Assembly (NCBI GenBank): GCA_965227515.1 | Contig: CBDDFZ010000001.1 | Span: 416,001 to 480,000, forward strand | Origin: Alphaproteobacteria bacterium | GTDB taxonomy: Bacteria; Pseudomonadota; Alphaproteobacteria; CALKHQ01 | Direction: 5' to 3' | DNA length: 64,000 bases | In this document: in pieces, positions 17,902 to 26,677 of the stretch | How positions within the stretch are numbered: the stretch's first letter is position 1 | Layout: every line of letters begins with the position of its first letter | Program-made: the position numbers and the translations under genes | The notes under the pieces: model-generated | What the model saw: only the letters and a program-made list of their open reading frames with translations | The model's database searches: none | Told to the model about the DNA's origin: nothing

Positions 17902-19302
17902 TCACGCCGGCAGCATGACCATGGACGGGTCGCGCAGGTAGGGCGGCACCCAGCCCAGGATGTCGCTGGTCGGCAGCACCTCCTCGGCAAGCCGGATGCC
18001 CAGTGTGTCGACCGCGAAGGCGCGGCGGGCCTGCATGCGCTGCCAGGCGGCCGGATGGGCGTTTGCCAGTTCCTGCCGCAGGGCGGCATCGGCCAGCACC
18101 ACGCCATCCTCCGCATTGGCGCCGAAATGGCCGCCGGACGTGACGGGAATGATATCCATCTGCAGGGCCATGCCGGACTTCAGCGCGATCTGGCTGTCGG
18201 CGAAGAAGGGGGAGGACAGCCATTCGTCAACATGGGTCAGGTGGCCGGGATTCAGGGCATAACGCTCGATGGCGCCGCCGAGTTCCGCCTCCACCGCCGC
18301 AACGATGTCGCCACAGCGCGCGCCGATCCGCAGGCTCTCGTACCAGGTGACCATCGCCGCGCAGTACGGCGTCAGCACGACATCGAGCCAGTCGCGGTCG
18401 TGGCTGGGCAGGCCGGACGCATCGAATGCCACATATCCGGCGCGCACCGAGTTGGCGCCCCATCCGCCCATGGTCATGAACAGCGGGTCGCCGGCCGCGA
18501 TCTTGCGCCCGCTGGGACTGGCGAGCCCCAATGCGGTGCGCTCGCCCGACGCGACGATGGGGTGATAGTTCAGCGGCTGGCCGATCCAGCCCATATGGCC
18601 GGCCAGCGCGTGCTCGCTGACCCCGGGCTCGATGGCGCGGATCGCCCGCAGCACGCCCTGTGACGCATGGGTGGCGGCGAACTCGAACGCGGCGATCTGT
18701 GCCGCGTCGTTCAGCGTGCGCAGCCCGCCATCGGCCGACATCAGCAGGCCGGTGGCGTTGACCACGCGGTCGCGCCCGCCCGCCAGATCGGCCAGCGCAT
18801 CGACGATGAACGCCGGCACCTCGCTCTCATGCTCCGGGTCGGCGCTGTCGGCGTCTGAGAAGGTCTTCCAGCCGGCCAGACCGACCCGGCCCGCGCCGGC
18901 AATGCCGCACTCCGCCAGCACATCGCGCACCGAGCGGCGCTCGCTGCGGTCCTGGTCGATCAGGCTGAAGCTCTGGCACAGCCGCACGTCCAGTTTCAGC
19001 GGGCTGACCCGGGCATAACTGCCGCCCTCGTTGCCGACCAGCAAGATCGGATCGCTGGCTTCGTCCCCGGACAACACCAGCAACCCTTCTTCGAACCGCG
19101 GGTCATAGCCGCTGAGATAGACCAGATTGCCGACATGCTCGCGGTCGCCATAGACCACCAGCGCGTCCATGCCGGCCTCCGCCGCGCGGCGTCGCGCCGC
19201 GGCGATGCGTTGCCCATAGACGTCACCGGGAATCTCGGGGCAGGCGGCTGGCGCCGTCAGCTGCGGCGGCTCCGCCAGTCCAAGTTTGAACGACCGTGCC
19301 AT
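17902..19302 (-). CDS. Xaa-Pro aminopeptidase / creatinase-like (M24 fold) protein
   Basis: Creatinase-type N-domain LVVYGDREH..NLVYLSGYDPRFEE, NPGHL, GMALQMDII, EDGVVL. Confidence 0.75.
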   Translation of the reverse strand: MARSFKLGLAEPPQLTAPAACPEIPGDVYGQRIAAARRRAAEAGMDALVVYGDREHVGNLVYLSGYDPRFEEGLLVLSGDEASDPILLVGNEGGSYARVSPLKLDVRLCQSFSLIDQDRSERRSVRDVLAECGIAGAGRVGLAGWKTFSDADSADPEHESEVPAFIVDALADLAGGRDRVVNATGLLMSADGGLRTLNDAAQIAAFEFAATHASQGVLRAIRAIEPGVSEHALAGHMGWIGQPLNYHPIVASGERTALGLASPSGRKIAAGDPLFMTMGGWGANSVRAGYVAFDASGLPSHDRDWLDVVLTPYCAAMVTWYESLRIGARCGDIVAAVEAELGGAIERYALNPGHLTHVDEWLSSPFFADSQIALKSGMALQMDIIPVTSGGHFGANAEDGVVLADAALRQELANAHPAAWQRMQARRAFAVDTLGIRLAEEVLPTSDILGWVPPYLRDPSMVMLPA

Positions 19303-19320
19303 ATCACGTCCCCTGTCGTG

Positions 19321-19425
19321 GAAGTCGGCTCCAGCCCGCACCCCCTCTCGGCCACCCAGCAGGATACTCTCGTTGGGCGGCCGGGAAGGGGGAGGGCCGG
19401 TGCTGATTTCAGTGTCAGTTGACCC
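19321..19425. repeat. Palindromic MITE-like repeat, copy 2
   Basis: GAAGTCGGCTCCAGCCC...CGGCCACCCAGCAGGATACTCTCGTTGGGCGGCCGG...GAGGGCCGGTGCTGATTTCAG. Confidence 0.8.
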
Positions 19426-19430
19426 AGGCC

Positions 19431-20594
19431 TTATCCCACCTCTACCCAGCGCTTCTCCGCCGTCGACTTCAGGCAGGCATCAACCAGCCGCATCAACCGC
19501 TCGCCATCGCGGAAGGTCGGCCATCCCGGCGTGCCGGTGGCCACCGCGTTCACCACTTCGCTGACCTCGATCGCCTTGAACTCGTTGTAGCCGACCGCGA
19601 AATTGGCCACCGGGTTGAAGGCGGCATACGCCTCCTGCTCCGGTCCGGCGTCGATCTCGCGCCAGCCCTGCTGGCCGGCCGGGTCGTCGGTGGCGTAGTA
19701 GCGGATGCGGTTCACCTCGTCGTAGTTGAAGCTGAGCGACCCCTTGGTGCCATAGATATCGTAGGTCTGCAGGAACCGCCGCCCAGTAGCGACCCGGCTG
19801 ACGTCGATGACGCCGCGTCCGCCGCCGGGCAGCCGGCACATCAGGTTGACGTAGTCGGGGTTGGTGACCGGGCGCATCTCGGCATCTTCGGGCATGGCGG
19901 CCGCCACCCCGTAACCGAACCCCTCCTGATAGGGCCTGGCCGCCGTCACCACATCGGCATCGGCGATCAGCGCGGACGGGCTGCCGATCAGGTAGTCGAC
20001 CAGGCTGAACACGTGGGTCGCGATGTCGCCCACCGTGCCTGTCGGCGCCAGGTCGCCGTCGCACCGCCACATGAGGGGGGCCGCCGGGTCGGCCAGCACA
20101 TCGACGTGCATGGAGGCGCGGAACAGCTGCACGTCGCCGATCTTGCCGTCGCGCAGCAGGTTGCGCGCCGTCGTGTGCGCCGGGTTCTTCGGGAAGTTGT
20201 GCCCGATGTGGGTGACAACGCCCTTGGCCGCGGCCAGGTCGGCCAGTTCCTTGGCCTCGGCCGCGGTGTCGGTGAACGGCTTCTCGCAATAGACGTTCTT
20301 GCCGGCCTCCAGCGCCGCCTTGGCAACCTCGTAGTGCAGGTAGTCCGGCAGGCAAATGTCGATCAGGTCGATGGACGGATCGTCGATCGCCGCCCGCCAG
20401 TCGGTGCCGGTCGGCGGATCGCCGACCAGCTTCGCCATCGCGGCGACGCCCTCCGCGTTCTCGTCGACCAAGAGCGCGATCTCCGCCGCCCCGCGCCGCC
20501 CGCCGAACAACAGGGCTGTGTTGCGATAGCCGAGCGAGTGGACCTTGCCCATCCACCCGCAGGCGCCCAGAACGGCAACGCGAACCGTTTTCAT
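19431..20594 (-). CDS. Gfo/Idh/MocA family oxidoreductase (levoglucosan/inositol dehydrogenase-like)
   Basis: GWMGKVHSLGY, DWRAAIDDP, YCEKP, GDIATH, GYNEFK, PTFRDG. Confidence 0.9.
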   Translation of the reverse strand: MKTVRVAVLGACGWMGKVHSLGYRNTALLFGGRRGAAEIALLVDENAEGVAAMAKLVGDPPTGTDWRAAIDDPSIDLIDICLPDYLHYEVAKAALEAGKNVYCEKPFTDTAAEAKELADLAAAKGVVTHIGHNFPKNPAHTTARNLLRDGKIGDVQLFRASMHVDVLADPAAPLMWRCDGDLAPTGTVGDIATHVFSLVDYLIGSPSALIADADVVTAARPYQEGFGYGVAAAMPEDAEMRPVTNPDYVNLMCRLPGGGRGVIDVSRVATGRRFLQTYDIYGTKGSLSFNYDEVNRIRYYATDDPAGQQGWREIDAGPEQEAYAAFNPVANFAVGYNEFKAIEVSEVVNAVATGTPGWPTFRDGERLMRLVDACLKSTAEKRWVEVG

Positions 20595-20599
20595 GCCAC

Positions 20600-21574
20600 T
20601 CAGCCCGGCACGTAGTCGCGGGTGGCCTCCGGATCGCCGGTCTCGTACGGCACCGCCAGCAACTCGGCCCATGCCTCGTCGGAGATCGGGTGGTTGGCCC
20701 AATCCAGCGTCTGCTGCACCCGCTCGGCCTTGGAGATGCCGGCGATGGTGGACGTTATCAGCGGATCGCGCAGCGAGAATTGCAGTGCGGCCGCACCGGT
20801 CGGGATGTTGTGGCGGGCGCAGATCGCCTCGATCCGGCGCACCGGCGCCAACATCGCCTCGTCGGCCGGCTGGTAGCAGTAGAGCGGCGCGTTGTCGGAG
20901 CCCTTGGCCAGCACGCCGCTGGCATAGGGCGCGGCATTGAGCACGGCGATACCGCGCTCTTTGGCGAGCTCGAACATCGGCGCGGCGTTGCGGTTCACCA
21001 GCGTGTAGCGGTTGTGGCTGATCAGCGCGTCGAAGTCCCAGTCGCGCAGGATGGGCATCATCACGTCGACCTTGCCGGCAGCAAGGCCCACGCAGCGCGC
21101 CAGCCCCTCTTCCTTCATCTTCATCAGCTCGGCCAGCGACCCGTTCGGGCCGGTCACCTCGTTGATATCGGGCACATATTCCGGGTCGTGCAGGTGGAGG
21201 ATGTCGATCTTGTCGACATTCAGCATCTTCAGGCTGGTTTCAAGCGACCGGCGCGCCTGGGCGGCATCGAACCGGTTGGTCTCCATGTCGCGGTCGAGCT
21301 TGCTGGAGATGACGAACCCGTCCGGCACGCCGCCGCGCGCCTTGATCACTTCGCCGATCCGCTCTTCGCTGTTGGAGTAGTTGCGCGCCGTGTCCAGGAA
21401 GTTGACCGGGCCGGCGAAGATCGCCTCGACCGCCTTGTGGGCGCGGTCCAGGTCGACGGAATAGCCATAGGTGTTCGGCATGTCGCCGATCGCCGAAGTG
21501 CCGAAGCAGATGGTGGTAACGCTCGGCCCATTGGGGCCGATGGTCTTGGTCTCGACGGCCGCGTTGTCCGGCAT
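20600..21574 (-). CDS. Aldo/keto reductase (D-threo-aldose 1-dehydrogenase-like)
   Basis: FGTSAIG, LDTARNY, SSKL, LHLHDP, AALQFSLR. Confidence 0.88.
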   Translation of the reverse strand: MPDNAAVETKTIGPNGPSVTTICFGTSAIGDMPNTYGYSVDLDRAHKAVEAIFAGPVNFLDTARNYSNSEERIGEVIKARGGVPDGFVISSKLDRDMETNRFDAAQARRSLETSLKMLNVDKIDILHLHDPEYVPDINEVTGPNGSLAELMKMKEEGLARCVGLAAGKVDVMMPILRDWDFDALISHNRYTLVNRNAAPMFELAKERGIAVLNAAPYASGVLAKGSDNAPLYCYQPADEAMLAPVRRIEAICARHNIPTGAAALQFSLRDPLITSTIAGISKAERVQQTLDWANHPISDEAWAELLAVPYETGDPEATRDYVPG

Positions 21575-21775
21575 CGGGTCCTCCCGTGTTGTCGTTTTTC
21601 GTTTGGCTGGGCACGCCAGAGCATTTGTAGCGCCCCTCAATGTGCAATGTGGCGCGGACAAGCGGGTGAAGGCAAGCCGCGTCATCGGTTCCCAATGCGC
21701 CATTTGACAGCGACGCGCGGGCACTGTCAGGTGGCGCGGCTTTCCTTCAACCGCAGCCTGGACCAACAACCGACC

Positions 21776-22195
21776 ATGCTATCCAACGTGCACCACATCG
21801 AGGTCGAGTGGGGCGACTGCGATGCCGCCGGCATCGTCTTCTACCCGCGCTACTTCGAGTACTTCGACGCCTGCACCAACCGGTTGTTCGAGGCCGCGCT
21901 GGGGACGAAGAAACGGCAGTGGACGGCGCACTACGGCATCGTCGGCATCCCGATGGTCGACACCCGGGCGCGCTACCACAGCCCGTCGCGCTATGGCGAT
22001 GTGCTGGAGTTCACGACCACAGTCACCGCCCTCGGCGGCGCCAGCTTCGAGATCGCGCACCGGGTCACCAACGCCGGCACGGTGGGCGTTGAGGGGGTCG
22101 AGAAGCGGGTCTGGGCCGGCCGCCACGCCGACGACCCGTCACGCCTGACCGGCCACCGCATCCCCGACGAGGTGCGGGAGAGGTTGGGTGGTTGA
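21776..22195 (+). CDS. Acyl-CoA thioesterase (4-hydroxybenzoyl-CoA thioesterase family)
   Basis: VEWGDCDAAGIVFYPRYFEYFD, GIPMV, PSRYGD. Confidence 0.9.
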   Translation: MLSNVHHIEVEWGDCDAAGIVFYPRYFEYFDACTNRLFEAALGTKKRQWTAHYGIVGIPMVDTRARYHSPSRYGDVLEFTTTVTALGGASFEIAHRVTNAGTVGVEGVEKRVWAGRHADDPSRLTGHRIPDEVRERLGG

Positions 22196-22235
22196 GAAGT
22201 TACGGCACCGGTCGGCAGCAGATCCTGCACACCAC

Positions 22236-22338
22236 CGTCATTGCGAGCCGCCAGCAGGCGGCGCGGCAATCCAGCGATTGCTGATACTACGGTAGCGTAA
22301 CTCTGGATTGCCGCGTCGCTCCGCTCCTCGCAATGACG
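22236..22338. repeat. REP/RPE-like palindrome (GTCATTGCGAG...CTCGCAATGAC type)
   Basis: 12-bp terminal inverted repeat CGTCATTGCGAG / CTCGCAATGACG plus inner GCGGCAATCCAG / CTGGATTGCCGC, between convergent genes. Confidence 0.85.
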
Positions 22339-22353
22339 CGCGTGGGTCGTCCC

Positions 22354-24000
22354 CTAGAACAAGTTCTCCTTGGTCGTGATCGGGCACCAGCGCGCGATGC
22401 GCAGGAACGGCACCAGCACCGCCAGCGCCTCCTTGGTGCCGATACGCTCCAGCGCCTCCACCGCATAGCCGACCGTGTAGCGATTGCCGTCGGTCAGCGC
22501 CTGCCTAAGCGCCGGAATCGCCGGCGCGGCTTGCGGGCCGAGGCGGGCGAGGGCGAGCGCCGCGTTGAAGCGCACCTCGTCGTCGTCGTCGAACAGGCCG
22601 TCGGCCAGGGTCAGCGCGGCCGCGTCGGTGCCGTGCTTCAGGCCCAGCGCCTCGACCGCGTTTAAGCGCACCGCCGGGTCCTCGTGACGGCAACCGTCGA
22701 TCAGCGCGCTCATCACGGCATCGTCGTCGCAGTCGAGCTCGCCGAGCGCGAAGCACGCGTACTTGGTCACACGGGGCTGACCGTCGGCGGCCAGGTCCAG
22801 CAGGGCCTTGCGCGCCTTCTTGCCCATCGCCAGCAGGCCGTGGGCGGCGTTGCGCGCGACCATCTCCAGCTCGCTCTTCTGGCCCTCGTCGATGAAGCAG
22901 CGCGCATCGTCGACGTTCTCGCCGTCATTGCCCCGCATGGCCTCGACCAGCGGTGCGATGGCCGGCTCGCCCAGCGCCGCCAGCGCGTAGGCGGCGTTCA
23001 GACCGACGACCTCGCTGTCGTCGCCGAGCAGCGCGATCAGGTCCGGGATCGCGGCCTCGCCAGCGCTACCCAGGGCCGCCACGTCGCACACCGCCTTGGC
23101 GCGCTCGTGGTTGTCGGTCGCCTGCAGCCCCGCCGTCGCCGCCGCCACGTCGGCATCGCCGCCGGGCTCGGCCGGGGCCAGATCGCGATGGCCGAGCCAG
23201 TGCCAGTGCGCCCGCCACACCGGCGTCATCGGATAGGCCGGCACCTGCGCAGGGTCCTGCCATTCGTCCTGCGCGCTGTCCCAGGTGACGCCCGTCGGGC
23301 GCTGCATGCGGATGAACTCGAACTTCACCATGAACCGCTTCAGGTTGGTGAGGTTCTTCATCTTCCGGTGCCAGATGTCGTAATGGATCATCATGCAGGT
23401 ACCGGTCTTGCCGGACGCGCACGATCCGATCTGGTCGATATCCTCCAGCCGCTGGGCAATGCACTGGCTGCCGGGAATGACGCCGGTGGGGCCGATCTCC
23501 GGATAGATGTCCTGCGGGTAGTACATGATCATCACCCACCACGGATGATGATTGTGCACCTTGCGCTTGTAGCCCCAGTAGCTGTCGTGGTGCCAAACCT
23601 GCGGGTCGGTCCCGGGCGGGTTGTCGTGCAGCACCCGGTGCGGGTGCATCAGGTAGTTGTCGCCCAGCACGCTGGTCAGCGCGCCCTTGACCACCGGGTC
23701 GTCGAACACGAGCTGCAGCTCGGGCACCACCGGCAGCAGGTTGTTGCCGGGATTGTCGTCGTTGTCGGCGCCGACGATCTTGTCGAAACGCTGGAACAGG
23801 TCCTGGTGGAACTCGACCGGCAGATCGGGGTTCAGCAACAGGTAGCCGTTGGCCAGGAACTGGCGCATCTGCTCGTCGTTCAGCAGCCGAGGCTCGGTCT
23901 GGGCGAGCAGGTCCGGGCGCTGGTTCTGGGTCGACACGCCGTCGCCGTAGTCGAACAGGCGTTGGTATTTCCACTGCTGTGAGCCGGCTTGCCCCTGCAT
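22354..24000 (-). CDS. PhyH-family dioxygenase fused to C-terminal HEAT repeats
   Basis: FLANGYLLL, WHHDS, GPTGVIPGS, HYDIWH; then repeated AIPxLxxxLxDxxxxVRxNAAxAL HEAT/PBS units. Confidence 0.85.
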   Translation of the reverse strand: MQGQAGSQQWKYQRLFDYGDGVSTQNQRPDLLAQTEPRLLNDEQMRQFLANGYLLLNPDLPVEFHQDLFQRFDKIVGADNDDNPGNNLLPVVPELQLVFDDPVVKGALTSVLGDNYLMHPHRVLHDNPPGTDPQVWHHDSYWGYKRKVHNHHPWWVMIMYYPQDIYPEIGPTGVIPGSQCIAQRLEDIDQIGSCASGKTGTCMMIHYDIWHRKMKNLTNLKRFMVKFEFIRMQRPTGVTWDSAQDEWQDPAQVPAYPMTPVWRAHWHWLGHRDLAPAEPGGDADVAAATAGLQATDNHERAKAVCDVAALGSAGEAAIPDLIALLGDDSEVVGLNAAYALAALGEPAIAPLVEAMRGNDGENVDDARCFIDEGQKSELEMVARNAAHGLLAMGKKARKALLDLAADGQPRVTKYACFALGELDCDDDAVMSALIDGCRHEDPAVRLNAVEALGLKHGTDAAALTLADGLFDDDDEVRFNAALALARLGPQAAPAIPALRQALTDGNRYTVGYAVEALERIGTKEALAVLVPFLRIARWCPITTKENLF

Positions 24001-24095
24001 GGCGTGTTTCCTTCCCTAGGCGATATTGTTGGATTGATGGTGATTATAGCCAAAGGTCGGAGGAATACGAACAAGCAAGGGCCATGCAGCGACGG

Positions 24096-25007
24096 TCACG
24101 ACCCGCGTGCACCTGCCTGGTCGATAATCTGCGGTGCGAACCGCTCGCTGAACCCGCACAGGAAACCGAGCACGACGATCTTCATCAAGTCGACGCTGTG
24201 GGTGTCGGCCTCTGCCGCATCGTCGGAACCGGTCTGTCCCACAGCGAAGTCGAGGCCCTCGATGCTGACGATGCCCGCCGAGAGCACCGCGTATACCGCA
24301 ATCGAGAAAATCAGCGCGACCAGCACCTTGAAGAAGCTGCGCCGGCTGACGGCACCGGGATCGTAGCCCGTTTCCGGCAGATTCGGGATCGACATCGCCT
24401 GCGAGGCGACAGCGCCTAACAGGGCCGCGAACAGCAGGACCGCAAGCTGGTCGAGGTCGAACACGAGCCAGGCAGCGTTCGGGAAGAAGACCTGTGCGCC
24501 TACAAGATACAGCAGGCCCAACACGACAATGGGCCCAAGCGCAAGCAGCAGGCCCGCCACCGCGGCCATGCCGGTGCGGCCATGGCCCCAACGGTAGACC
24601 AGCCGCATCGACCAGCTCCTGTGCCAGTTGTACTGCAGCTCGGCGTTGTCGGTCAGCTTCTCGGCCACGCCGATATTCGGTGACGATCCGACCAGCGCGT
24701 TTGTGCCGTCAGCAACAAAGCTGGCGGTAAGCCCGCGGTGCTTGTGCGGCAATTCCTCGCAACGGCGCGCGACGACCAGAAGCCGATGTATGACCGCCTT
24801 CAACGGGTCCGTCAGCCCGGCTTGGCCGGTCAGCGACCGCAGATTTGCTATGGCGGAGTCGAGATCGTCGACCGTCGGCGCCGGGCCGCCCGTCACGCCG
24901 TTGAGGGGCGGCGTATCGGGTGCCGCGATTTCATCGGGGGCATCGGCCTCGTCAGGAACGTTCGCTTCGTCAGCGACGTTGGCGGGATTCAACACAGCAT
25001 CGGACAT
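24096..25007 (-). CDS. Hypothetical membrane protein
   Basis: Acidic low-complexity N-terminus, about 4 TM segments, C-terminal LGFLCGFSERFA. RBS GGAG before ATG 25007. Confidence 0.65.
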   Translation of the reverse strand: MSDAVLNPANVADEANVPDEADAPDEIAAPDTPPLNGVTGGPAPTVDDLDSAIANLRSLTGQAGLTDPLKAVIHRLLVVARRCEELPHKHRGLTASFVADGTNALVGSSPNIGVAEKLTDNAELQYNWHRSWSMRLVYRWGHGRTGMAAVAGLLLALGPIVVLGLLYLVGAQVFFPNAAWLVFDLDQLAVLLFAALLGAVASQAMSIPNLPETGYDPGAVSRRSFFKVLVALIFSIAVYAVLSAGIVSIEGLDFAVGQTGSDDAAEADTHSVDLMKIVVLGFLCGFSERFAPQIIDQAGARGS

Positions 25008-25195
25008 AGAAATTCTCCGTAATACAATTCTCCAAAATCCAACGAACGCGGCGCCAAATACCCGCCGCGCGTTCCGGGCTGCCGTTATTGCGGCAATCCA
25101 GTGAACCAAATACAAGGTTATCGAACTTCTGAGGGCGGCGCAATTGGCAGGCTCGGCTGCACTTGCACGTCCATCGCACAAGCGCGGAACTCGCC

Positions 25196-26008
25196 ATGGA
25201 CGACCATTTCGAGACCAACCTGAAGCGGTGGGACGAAGCGGTCGACGTCCATGTCAACTCGGCCACCGAGGTCTATCGCCTGGCCGACTTTCGTGCCGGC
25301 GCCGATACCCTGGGCCCGATCGAAAGCAGCGAGATCGGCGATGTGGCCGGCAAGTCGGTGCTGCACCTGCAGTGCCATTTCGGGCTCGACACGCTGAACC
25401 TCGCGCGGCGCGGCGCGACGGTGACCGGGCTCGATTTCTCGCCGAAAGCGGTCGCCGCCGCCCGTGCCCTGGCCGCGGAGGCGGGGTTGGAAGCGGCTTT
25501 CGTGGAAGGTAACGTCTATGACGCGCCTGACCTGATCGAGGGCCGTTTCGACATCGTCTATGTGACCTGGGGCACCATCGTCTGGCTGCCCGACATCGTG
25601 CGCTGGGCCGACGTGGTGGCCCATTTCCTCAAGCCCGGCGGCTTCCTGTATTTCCTGGACGGCCATCCGACGGCACTGATGTTCGAGCAGGAAGGCGACA
25701 GGCTGGAACTGCGCTACCCGTATTTCGAAACCGGGAACCCGATGACCTTCGACAGTGCGGGCACGTACACCGGCGACGACTATGCGTTCAGGAACACCCG
25801 GACGTTCGAGTGGCCGCATGCGTTGTCGGAGATCGTCAATGCACTGCTCGGCGCGGGGCTGCGGCTGGACATGCTGAACGAGCACCAGCGGCTGGCGTGG
25901 AAACTGTTCGCGATGATGGAGACCCAGGACGACGGCATGGAGGCGATGCCGGCCGGGGCGCTGCAACTGCCGCTGGCATTCTCACTGAAGGCGTCGAAGC
26001 CCGGGTAG
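25196..26008 (+). CDS. Class I SAM-dependent methyltransferase
   Basis: VLHLQCHFGLDT, TGLDFS, FDIVY, WLPD, LKPGG. Confidence 0.9.
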   Translation: MDDHFETNLKRWDEAVDVHVNSATEVYRLADFRAGADTLGPIESSEIGDVAGKSVLHLQCHFGLDTLNLARRGATVTGLDFSPKAVAAARALAAEAGLEAAFVEGNVYDAPDLIEGRFDIVYVTWGTIVWLPDIVRWADVVAHFLKPGGFLYFLDGHPTALMFEQEGDRLELRYPYFETGNPMTFDSAGTYTGDDYAFRNTRTFEWPHALSEIVNALLGAGLRLDMLNEHQRLAWKLFAMMETQDDGMEAMPAGALQLPLAFSLKASKPG

Positions 26009-26045
26009 GGCACGAACAATCAGGTCTGTGCCAGCTGATCCGCGA

Positions 26046-26525
26046 CTACGCGATGTACGCGTACAAATCGCTTGCCGTGGCGGGAACGATGATCGGCTCG
26101 TCGAGGTAAAAGCCCATCAGGATCTTGTCGGCGGTGGTGTGGTTCGAGCCCAGGGGCAGCAGCAGCCGCTCGAACATCGCCTCGTCGCGCGGGTTGGACC
26201 CATAGCGCGCGGTGCGGTGCACCGGCTCGCCGGTGTCCGCGCAGAGCTCGAAGTCAGTCAAGCTCAGCCGGGCGCTCATCGGATCTTCGGCATCCGGCAA
26301 ATAGGTGCCGGTCAGGTCGTGCCCCTGATACTCCACCAGCTTGGTGCCGACCAGCCGATGGCGGAACCGGCACGGCGCGCGCTCGACGTCGAAAATGGAG
26401 ATGTTGCGCAGCCAGGGCTTGATGTCCTCGGGGTCGAGGTCAGACCGTGCCGGCATTGGTTGGCCGTTGCACAACGATTGCCATACCGACAAAAGACCGG
26501 CCAGTTCGGGGCGCATGTGGTTCAT
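26046..26525 (-). CDS. PAS domain (PAS_5-type) protein
   Basis: WQSL...MPARSDLDPxDI..WL, FRHRLVGT, DLTG, ERLLLPL. Confidence 0.8.
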   Translation of the reverse strand: MNHMRPELAGLLSVWQSLCNGQPMPARSDLDPEDIKPWLRNISIFDVERAPCRFRHRLVGTKLVEYQGHDLTGTYLPDAEDPMSARLSLTDFELCADTGEPVHRTARYGSNPRDEAMFERLLLPLGSNHTTADKILMGFYLDEPIIVPATASDLYAYIA

Positions 26526-26677
26526 GCCACGACGGTAGGTTCGGAATGGTTAACCGTTCCTTACCGCGTTGGCCCGGAAAAGTATTTATTGCCCGGAAAC
26601 GGTCCACAATCGTCAAGAAAACCGTTCGGGCGTGCCGCGACACCACATCGGCCGGCGATTTCGCTTGCCCCGCCGGC

